Positions 9,811 to 17,161 of a stretch of 64,000 bases of DNA are shown here, piece by piece; position 1 is the first letter of the stretch; every line of letters begins with the position of its first letter. Where the stretch lies: positions 3,578-67,577 of IMG/VR virus record IMGVR_UViG_3300035183_000469; one strand, 5' to 3'. The stretch is from a virus. A model generated the notes under the pieces. That model saw only the letters and a program-made list of their open reading frames with translations, did not search any database and was not told where the DNA came from. Made by a program: the position numbers and the translations under genes.

Positions 9811-11580
9811 CTATATCGAACCTATTTTGTATGCTCTGATGTACGACCCCGCCTTTATCAGAAGCGGTGAGGTGTTTACCGACGCGGCTGCCTGCACCTG
9901 AAATGTCCCCGTCGCCGAAGTGTGAAACACCGCATCCAGTTTTATGGGCATCACGTTGGCTGCGGCGGCAATGGAGAAAGTGACCGAGCCACTGCCCGTT
10001 TCGTTGAATACGCCGAGCCGCACCGACGCATTATTGCCGATGGATAGTGCACCCTGCCAGAAGCCGCCGCCCTCACCAGACACCATCGCAGGCCATGTCG
10101 CACCAAGCCGGTAGGTATTAGTCACGGACATACGGTTTAGCAGCATGCCTTCTATCTTATAGATTCCTCCTGCCGACAGGGTCAGACTCAGTCCGCTCAC
10201 ATTGGTCAGTGTGGTAGCCGATATACCCTGCTCGTTCTGTACCACGACCCAAAGACCGCCACCCGCATCTACGACGCTTTTCACCGAAGTCACATCGGTT
10301 GAAACAGCGGACACCCTGTTTACCAAAGACAGGTATTCTGCACTCGTCACGCTGGCGCCTCCGGCCGTGACGGATATATCCACCTTCACTGTTGATCCGC
10401 TCAGGTAGGCACTCACGGCATTGCCTGTGAAATCTATCCTTTCCGGATTGGTGTTAATGACGCTGCTGTGATTGGCGACGCTCACGATACGGTTTTTGAC
10501 GGCGTTCAGCGACGTCACTTGTGAAGAAAGGGATGATAGCCGCGTGCTGATGGCCGATACCGTAACAGACAGTTGCGACACATTGTTGACAACAGCATTG
10601 ATACGGCTCGACAGCACCGCCTCCGTGCTGGTGTTCTGCGCTGAGTTGGCGCCCACCTGTGCCGACACGACGGAGATGGCATTGGACAAGGCATTATCGG
10701 CACTCGTCATCTGCGTCGAGTTGCCGGATACCCTGTCCACCAGCGACAGGTATTCGGCAGAAGTGACGCTGGCGGTGCCTGCTACCGTTGAAATCTGAAT
10801 CTTTACCGTAGAACCTGACAGATAGGTGCTTACCGCATTGCCGGTGAAATCTAATTTTTCAGGATTTGTAACAAGCACACTCCCATGATTAGCAACGCTG
10901 ATGATCCTGTTTTTTGATGCTGCCGCCGCACTGACGGCATTATCCGCAGAAGTCATTTGAGCGGAGTTGGCACCGATGGCGGACAAGGCATCAGACAGCA
11001 ATGCGCTGTTGGCACCTACCCTGTTTTTCAGGGAGGTCATGTCGGCGGAGTTGGCAATGATTGCAGACCCCTGATCGGATAGCACCGCAGAAATTACGGA
11101 GATGGCGTTTGACAAGGCATTATCTACACTCGTCATCTGCGTTGAGTTGGCTGCCACCTGCGCCGATACGATGCCGATGGCAACGGACAGGGCGTTGTCG
11201 GACGAGATACGCCCGGCTGTCTCTGCACTCAGGGCGGCCGACACGACGTTGATAGCCGCCGACAGGGCGTTGTCGGCAGAGATGCGGTTGATGACCTCTG
11301 CACTTAATGACCCGCTCAGTGCGCTTACCCTGTTTTGCAGCGAAACAAACTCGGACGAAGTGGGAGTGGCGCTTGTGGAGGTAGCCGATGTGACCGACGT
11401 GACCGACGTGACGGCCGACGCCACGTCAAATGCCACGCGCCACTTCGCCGGCTTGGCCTTCGGACTCTCATAAAAAAGAGTCGGTTGCAGACACTCATAC
11501 ACATGCCCCTGAAACGAAACAAACTGCCCGGTACGATAGCTGCGCGTGTACACATATGGTTCGTAAAGCGGTGCGCCCAT
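9811..11580 (-). CDS. Ser/Ala-rich fibre or decoration protein with N-terminal CBM5/12-like module
   Basis: N-term YRTGQFVSFQGHVYECLQ...P...PAKW; coiled-coil repeats SADNALSxAI; duplicated ~60-aa domain; beta-rich C-terminal head. Confidence 0.65.
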   Translation of the reverse strand: MGAPLYEPYVYTRSYRTGQFVSFQGHVYECLQPTLFYESPKAKPAKWRVAFDVASAVTSVTSVTSATSTSATPTSSEFVSLQNRVSALSGSLSAEVINRISADNALSAAINVVSAALSAETAGRISSDNALSVAIGIVSAQVAANSTQMTSVDNALSNAISVISAVLSDQGSAIIANSADMTSLKNRVGANSALLSDALSAIGANSAQMTSADNAVSAAAASKNRIISVANHGSVLVTNPEKLDFTGNAVSTYLSGSTVKIQISTVAGTASVTSAEYLSLVDRVSGNSTQMTSADNALSNAISVVSAQVGANSAQNTSTEAVLSSRINAVVNNVSQLSVTVSAISTRLSSLSSQVTSLNAVKNRIVSVANHSSVINTNPERIDFTGNAVSAYLSGSTVKVDISVTAGGASVTSAEYLSLVNRVSAVSTDVTSVKSVVDAGGGLWVVVQNEQGISATTLTNVSGLSLTLSAGGIYKIEGMLLNRMSVTNTYRLGATWPAMVSGEGGGFWQGALSIGNNASVRLGVFNETGSGSVTFSIAAAANVMPIKLDAVFHTSATGTFQVQAAASVNTSPLLIKAGSYIRAYKIGSI

Positions 11581-11613
11581 GACATGGCTAAAGTAACAGG
11601 AAATCAGGTCTTG

Positions 11614-11982
11614 TTACAATTCTTTTATCCATATACCCGTGAGCGCGTGAAGAAGCTTGCGTTTGAGGATATACACGGCCGTCCGCTTCCCCTTCGCATC
11701 GGCAATGACCGTCTGCCCATCCATGGTGTACTGAAAGTCCGCAATGTATGTGCATACCTTGTGTCCGTTTACCACCAGCGGGATTATCACCTGACGGCGC
11801 AGGTCGCTGATGACCCCCTTATCACGCAACAGCTTGAGGCGACACCACTCCCCATATTCTTTCTTGGAATCAAAACGCCCCTCGCCGGTGGTCAAGATGG
11901 TGTTGTTGTACTTAGACCTCTTGCGCACGGGCAACGCCTTCCGGCTACGACGGGTAAGATGACGAAATGTTCTGATAGACAT
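11614..11982 (-). CDS. DUF1064-family endonuclease-like protein
   Basis: SKYNN...FDSKKE...YIADFQY...DAKG..T..Y.LKRKL. Confidence 0.8.
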   Translation of the reverse strand: MSIRTFRHLTRRSRKALPVRKRSKYNNTILTTGEGRFDSKKEYGEWCRLKLLRDKGVISDLRRQVIIPLVVNGHKVCTYIADFQYTMDGQTVIADAKGKRTAVYILKRKLLHALTGIWIKEL

Positions 11983-12000
11983 AAAACAAAAATAAAAAAA

Positions 12001-12030
12001 TTTGTAGTTAATAAAATGTTGCTATATTTG
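12001..12030 (+). promoter_or_regulatory. Bacteroidota housekeeping promoter (-33 TTTG / -7 TATATTTG)
   Basis: TTTG 12001-12004 and TATATTTG 12023-12030, 4 nt before ATG 12035 (likely leaderless mRNA). Confidence 0.6.
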
Positions 12031-12034
12031 CCCT

Positions 12035-12322
12035 ATGGAATTTGCTGTCAAACTGATTAAAGCCACCGGCGGACGCAGACGAAAGGAAATCCTTGCCCTG
12101 CTGTCCAGGCATCCCAAAGGTATGTCGGTATCTGAACTGTCCAGGCAATGCAAGATTAGCAACCAAAGCTGCACGTTTCATGTGCGTATCCTGCGACAAG
12201 CCGGACTGATTCAGGACATAGGCGACATCAGTGACGCACGACGGGTGCGATATGTCATTGTACGGGAAGCCTTCGACCGGATAAAACAAATAAATGAAAT
12301 CGCTAAACAATACTACGCATGA
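12035..12322 (+). CDS. ArsR-family winged-helix transcriptional regulator
   Basis: R.EILALL...MSVSELS....ISNQSCTFHVRILRQAGLI. Confidence 0.75.
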   Translation: MEFAVKLIKATGGRRRKEILALLSRHPKGMSVSELSRQCKISNQSCTFHVRILRQAGLIQDIGDISDARRVRYVIVREAFDRIKQINEIAKQYYA

Positions 12323-12543
12323 TTGTCATTAAAGCCTTTAAGAATAAAAAGGGGGAAATCAACTACCGACGCATCGGCCAAAACGGAGAAACCCTGTCCT
12401 ACACCGGACAAGGATTCCGTTCACGAGCCGGACTGATTAAAAACCTTAGAGCCCACTACGGAGGAAATGTCAGCGTCAGAATCCAATGGCTCAAATCAGC
12501 CAAAACAAAAACCATCGTAAAAGAAGAAACCATCGTCACTTAA
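12319..12543 (+). CDS. DUF1508/YegP-like small protein
   Basis: KNKKGEINYR.IGQNGETL...QGF.SRAG. Confidence 0.55.
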   Translation: MIVIKAFKNKKGEINYRRIGQNGETLSYTGQGFRSRAGLIKNLRAHYGGNVSVRIQWLKSAKTKTIVKEETIVT

Positions 12544-12561
12544 AACAAAAAACCAAACACA

Positions 12562-12816
12562 ATGAACAAAGAACAGGAAGTATATGACCGGCTTATTGAC
12601 CGCGTCCATCAAGTCCAACCCATCATCGCAGAAGCCAAAAACAGTCAGGGAACCACCACCTTTGAGGTCATAGAAAAAGTCTATGAAGAACTGAAAGACA
12701 CCACCAGCCCATTAGACATGATGATCATCGCATCATTCGTTACAACGGAAATCTTCCCCATCGAAGAAATTAAAATGGTATATGAAGATATAGACAACCA
12801 TATGAACCCTAACTAA
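12562..12816 (+). CDS. Hypothetical acidic protein
   Basis: A-rich leader, operon position. Confidence 0.5.
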   Translation: MNKEQEVYDRLIDRVHQVQPIIAEAKNSQGTTTFEVIEKVYEELKDTTSPLDMMIIASFVTTEIFPIEEIKMVYEDIDNHMNPN

Positions 12817-13337
12817 TCAGATGTGCCGGCAACCGATACGCAGCCGGGAAAACTGCGTACCCGGTTGCCGTTGTACACTATCGCCGGATTCACCCAATAA
12901 ATAGCAGAAGAACGACGCGCAATCACATTGTACCGGATAAGATCACCGATCCCACGATAAAACGTCTTACGGGAAATACCCATCGCCTTGCAGCAAACAG
13001 ACGGAGATAGCCGTATCCGATCCCGATTCCGCCCCAAATGCATTACCACATAGCCGAATAACACCATGCCACTGCAAGATAACCCGTCAATACAAGCACG
13101 GGCTAAATCACCACGATAAACCTTGCACGATTCACCGGAATCCATCAAATACTGACTGTCTATCACACCGGAAGACCCAGCACCAACCGATAAATAACCA
13201 TCATCAGAGGAAATACCATCACGACGAATAAAAGACTCCCTGCGACTGCTTACAACAGCAGGAATAACCAATGATGATAGAAAGGGATTTGTGTCAGACA
13301 TAAAACGTACACCTCCAAAGAGGGTAAATTTAGACAC
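12813..13337 (-). CDS. RepL-like winged-helix replication/maintenance protein
   Basis: HTH 'MGISRKTFYRGIGDLI..NVI' followed by 'YWVNPAIVYNGNR', the C-terminal signature of RepL-family proteins. Confidence 0.65.
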   Translation of the reverse strand: MSKFTLFGGVRFMSDTNPFLSSLVIPAVVSSRRESFIRRDGISSDDGYLSVGAGSSGVIDSQYLMDSGESCKVYRGDLARACIDGLSCSGMVLFGYVVMHLGRNRDRIRLSPSVCCKAMGISRKTFYRGIGDLIRYNVIARRSSAIYWVNPAIVYNGNRVRSFPGCVSVAGTSD

Positions 13338-13675
13338 TCGTAGTCAAAATGTACACCATTTAGACCATAAAGTGGTAAAAAATGACACTTTCAAAAATCA
13401 CAGGAGGGTAAATTCTGACACAAGTTTCATAGAGGAAAGTGTCGTATTAAATATGAATACGACACTTCTAAGGGAATATAGTGTCAAAAATGACTACAAA
13501 CCATAAATCATAACAAATAACCATCACCGCAAAAAAAAAGAAGATACCATGAGAACATATAAACGCCACAGGAAGCCATTAGAACACGCAAAAGATATTA
13601 GACGACTAAAGACACCATTAGACTAATAAGAACGCATCAGAGGGCATAAAAAGACCTAAAGAAAGCAATACCACG

Positions 13676-13691
13676 TGTTCCACATGAAACA
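13676..13691. promoter_or_regulatory. parS-like centromere site
   Basis: TGTTCCACATGAAACA, 15/16 match to the parS consensus TGTTNCACGTGAAACA; intergenic. Confidence 0.6.
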
Positions 13692-13789
13692 TTAGGATAA
13701 TACACACCCACACATGGTAAAATATACCCCCCATATTTCCGGAATACCCCCCCACACACACCATACACCATCCTAAGTGTTTTGTGTAA

Positions 13790-13828
13790 ACAATACGTTT
13801 TCGGGGTAATACAATACGTTTTCGGGGT
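13790..13828. repeat. Direct repeat ACAATACGTTTTCGGGGT x2
   Basis: Exact 18-bp copies at 13790 and 13811, within a region of C-tracts. Confidence 0.85.
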
Positions 13829-14183
13829 TATCCCGCCGCCGCCGATGTTCGCACCCCCTCTTTTTGTTGCACCCCCCCTCTATATCAATGTTGCATTGTA
13901 TAGAACCATGCGAAACACATTACAAGACATTAGAAAGTATATTTTTGAAAAAGGTACTTTTGTATATTAAAGTACTATGTAAGGCATACTACTACTCATA
14001 GAGCTTACCTGCGTCCCGGTGATCCGGTGATCTGGTGATCCTGTGTGTTCCATTATGTTCCTGTGCTTCCATTCGTGCAACCTTAACATTACATTAACAC
14101 AATATGGCACGAAATATTATTGTCCTTAAAATAGGACACTTTTTATGGCAACTGTCCTAAATTCTTACTTTAGTTTGGCTTCA

Positions 14184-14345
14184 TAACTCCCTGATTTTCA
14201 AGCACTTACAAATATGTGACATTCTGTCTGTATAGTATTTTGGACAATAGCACACAACAAACTGATTTTCAGCTACTTGTTAACACCCTGATAATCAACT
14301 ACTTACAACTGCCAAAATAGAAACACTTGATTTTCAAGCAGTTAC
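14184..14345. promoter_or_regulatory. Four imperfect palindromic IHF-like sites
   Basis: TAACTCCCTGATTTTCAAGCACTTAC, CAACAAACTGATTTTCAGCTACTTGT, TAACACCCTGATAATCAACTACTTAC, AAACACTTGATTTTCAAGCAGTTAC; the halves resemble WATCAANNNNTTR. Confidence 0.65.
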
Positions 14346-14349
14346 ATAT

Positions 14350-14365
14350 TGGCACGGCGTTTGTA
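14350..14365 (+). promoter_or_regulatory. sigma54-type (-24/-12) promoter of the early operon
   Basis: TGGCACGGCGTTTGTA versus consensus TGGCACG-N4-TTGCW; predicted TSS near 14375 coincides with the start of a folded leader. Confidence 0.55.
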
Positions 14366-14374
14366 ATAGATAAT

Positions 14375-14451
14375 GCACGCAGGGTAACAGACCGGAACGG
14401 ATGGAACCTCCGGCTGATGCAGATTAGACAATGTGCAGCCCTGTGTTGTGC
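14375..14451 (+). ncRNA. Structured 5' leader (three-way junction)
   Basis: GCACGCAGGGT/GCCCTGTGT(T)GTGC closing stem, with inner hairpins CCGGA...TCCGG and TGCA...TGCA. Confidence 0.45.
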
Positions 14452-14469
14452 GACTTGTGTGCTGTGAGA

Positions 14470-15087
14470 TGTGCGTTCATTGACATCGCGGTGGGTTTTT
14501 CATTTTTTCAAACCAAAAAACTATGAAAAACCAAACACAATCCACTGCACTGGCTCAAGGAGCCGGCAGCGTGGCGGAAATGGTAGAGGAGATCAACCCT
14601 TTTTTCATTCCTTCTACCATTGACGAAACAACATCGCCTATAAAGGTGATTGTGTACCAGGATGATACGAGGATCGAGTTCAACAACCTGCCAGCCGGGA
14701 TCGAATCTCAGAATGCTGGAAAATTCTTCGGGACGTTGTTGAACGTAGTTCACCAGCAGGCGAAATTCATGCACGAAATGGGCGGGCGAATGTTTAATTG
14801 TAAACTCCCGGTTCACATAAGAGTTGAACTCGGAGAAAACGTCTACGACTCATATCGGGCGATTCGACCTGAATTTCACAAGCGTTTAAGATTCGGTTAT
14901 TCGCCAAAAGTGTTCAAGCGCTTTGCGTCAAGACACTTCCGGGTCTTCACGAACGCTTGCACTAATTCAAGAGTGCAGGTGATTACTTTGAGTGAGTTTC
15001 TTAAAAGATTAACAGACAACCAACTAACAATCAACTAACAATCAACCAACCAATAACCAAACCCACCGCGATTTCAGATAACGCACA
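14470..15087. repeat. ~29-bp long-range inverted repeat enclosing ORF 14523-15038; left arm contains boxA-like GTTCATTGACAT
   Basis: Left arm TGTGCGTTCATTGACATCGCGGTGGGTTT (14470-14498) versus right arm AAACCCACCGCGATTTCAGATAACGCACA (15059-15087). Confidence 0.8.
14523..15038 (+). CDS. First early gene, unknown function
   Basis: A-rich leader (AAACCAAAAAACT-ATG), 171 aa. Confidence 0.7.
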   Translation: MKNQTQSTALAQGAGSVAEMVEEINPFFIPSTIDETTSPIKVIVYQDDTRIEFNNLPAGIESQNAGKFFGTLLNVVHQQAKFMHEMGGRMFNCKLPVHIRVELGENVYDSYRAIRPEFHKRLRFGYSPKVFKRFASRHFRVFTNACTNSRVQVITLSEFLKRLTDNQLTIN

Positions 15088-15149
15088 CATTTTATTTTTT
15101 TTGGCTACTTGTTTCTTCGATGAATAAATAGCCACAATTTTTTTACTCA

Positions 15150-15833
15150 ATGTGCGGTTAATGGCCGCATGGAAACGCTGCCGGGAGCAGCGAATATGCC
15201 CGCATCTGCTGACGGGAATCAGCAGCTCTGCTAACAATCGGCTAATGGCATAGCCGGGCACGGCCATCTTGTCGCATATTGCGTGGGTTGCTGACCAACC
15301 CTTCGCCGGTGCGTAAATTCCGGAGACAACGGTAACCAGCCGGCGGCGAAGCAGGGGAACGGATACTAACTCTGCGCGCGGTGAGAATAAATGGTCGGCG
15401 CGCCAATATCCAACCTTTTAGGTACATAGAAGGCGCAAAATAGATCGGGTGGACACGATCCCGATCCCGTGAGATGATTGTATAGTCCGCGGGGAGCGGT
15501 CTGTGGACGGCGGGGGGTACGCAAGCCCTCTTAATTCATTTGCCATATGACTGTAAACCGATAGGGAGGGGTCATTTCGTGTGCAGGAAGGTTGCAAAAG
15601 GATTGCAACGAGTTTACTTCCTGACATTGCCTGGACGTGAGACGAGGCACAAACGCAGTCTCCGACCCCAAACGAAACCAAGACAGCTCCGGGGGACAGT
15701 GACATCCCGTAGGGGCTGTAATCAATATGGGCACCGCGCAGCCCGGATGATGCGCGTATGATGGGAACGGACACCCCGGAAAAACCGAACCTACCGGGGC
15801 AAGAAGTATTTGCTTGTCCCGGTATTTTTTTTT
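15150..15833 (+). ncRNA. Large structured non-coding RNA candidate (~680 nt)
   Basis: At least 14 helices visible, including nested multibranch domains, G-U pairs and GNRA-type loops; no credible ORF; ends in an intrinsic terminator. Confidence 0.7.
15792..15833 (+). terminator. Intrinsic terminator
   Basis: TACCGGGGCAAG-loop-CTTGTCCCGGTA followed by T9. Confidence 0.85.
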
Positions 15834-15891
15834 GCCGGCAGGTTAACTGACGAGCGCCGGCCGAAACACAACAGGATGTTGTGTCTTAACC
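15834..15891 (+). ncRNA. Hammerhead ribozyme, type I
   Basis: Stem I GGTTAA/TTAACC; core CTGACGA; 1-bp stem II whose loop CGCCGGC can pair with 5' GCCGGC; GAAA; stem III CACAACA/TGTTGTG; GUC cleavage triplet 15883-15885. Confidence 0.9.
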
Positions 15892-15898
15892 AAAAACT

Positions 15899-17161
15899 AT
15901 GAGTGAATTAAAAATTGCCTCCTCATTCAGGAGGTATCTTGAACAAAAATCAAAGGTATCAAAAGTAGCCGAAAGACTCCTAAACCCCGAATTTGTTAAC
16001 ACGAAATTCGGGAACTTTCTCTCACTTAAAGCCGGGATGATCGGCTACATGCCGGCCGGAAAAACACAAGAGATAAACGAGGACGGCACGTGGGCGCGTT
16101 CCGGTCGCCAACATGCACGGGCGGCACGTGTGGCACGTAAACTCCTGAATGAAAAAGGACTTGCCGGACTAACAGACAAAGATTTTGAGATATTCAGCAA
16201 TATTGTTTTTGCCACAGAAGAAAAAGGAAAAATAAGTATTGTCTGTGGCGAAGATATTAGGTGCTGGTACCATTATCGGAAATATTCCGGCAAAAACACC
16301 GGAAGCTTGTCGGAATCATGTATGAGGTACGATCGGTGCCAGCCGTACTTAGACATCTATACATCTAATAAAAATGTCGTCTCCATGGTCATCATGACCG
16401 ATGAAGACGACCTCCTAATAGGAAGAGCCCTCCTTTGGGAGAGCAAAGGAAAGAAATTCATGGATCGAATCTATGGTGATGACACAACCATAGAGACCTT
16501 CCGTAACTACGCATCCGATAACGGATGGTATTATCGGAAGTACAACACATACCATGACGAAACATGGTGGGTAGACTTCAAGGGGAGGGAGGTGGAAAAA
16601 AATGTTGAGGTCAAACTCGAAAAATGGGAGTTTGACCAATACCCGTATATGGATACATTCAAGTATCTGTATCCCGGTTGTGTTAAAAATTATGATAATG
16701 ACGCTATCAGCGTCCTCACCTCAACCGACGGCGGTGGCGGTGAAGATCGCGTGTGGTCGGATTACCACGACCGATACATTTTAAGAGAGGATTCGGTAGA
16801 CGTTCCCGGTTACGGCATTGTGCATATAGACGTAACGAGAACGTGCGAATACTGCGGTGACCTCTTCCATGAGGACGACCTTCGCGTAGGAGAAAACGGA
16901 AATATGTATTGTTATGACCATTCAATCAGACTCCACGACGGAAGCGTGTATAGTCAATCAGAAATAGATAACGATAACATTGTATATGTTCAAAGTATGA
17001 ATGAGTATGCACTCATTGATGACTGTATGATATGCGAGCATTGCAACGAGTACTTCTTCGCCGGACAAGAAACAGAGGTCACCGATAGCAACGGGGTGTC
17101 GCATCTGTTCTGTTGCGATAATCACGCGGATATGTTCTTAAACTCAGATGAAGACAAATGA
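15899..17161 (+). CDS. Phage early protein (SCM...GRALLW...DRIY family) with C-terminal Cys/His zinc-binding repeats
   Basis: GSLSESCMRY; YLDIY; IGRALLW; FMDRIY; YPYMDTF; several CxxC/CxxH motifs. Confidence 0.65.
   Translation: MSELKIASSFRRYLEQKSKVSKVAERLLNPEFVNTKFGNFLSLKAGMIGYMPAGKTQEINEDGTWARSGRQHARAARVARKLLNEKGLAGLTDKDFEIFSNIVFATEEKGKISIVCGEDIRCWYHYRKYSGKNTGSLSESCMRYDRCQPYLDIYTSNKNVVSMVIMTDEDDLLIGRALLWESKGKKFMDRIYGDDTTIETFRNYASDNGWYYRKYNTYHDETWWVDFKGREVEKNVEVKLEKWEFDQYPYMDTFKYLYPGCVKNYDNDAISVLTSTDGGGGEDRVWSDYHDRYILREDSVDVPGYGIVHIDVTRTCEYCGDLFHEDDLRVGENGNMYCYDHSIRLHDGSVYSQSEIDNDNIVYVQSMNEYALIDDCMICEHCNEYFFAGQETEVTDSNGVSHLFCCDNHADMFLNSDEDK

Noticed and set aside
14375-14451. Second self-cleaving ribozyme in the early leader (CTGATGC)
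   Set aside because: It lacks the CUGANGA...GAAA core, so I kept it only as a structured leader.
15031-15774. Short ORFs listed across the structured region
   Set aside because: They are mostly antisense, overlapping and without A-rich leaders or protein-like composition. RNA structure explains the region better.
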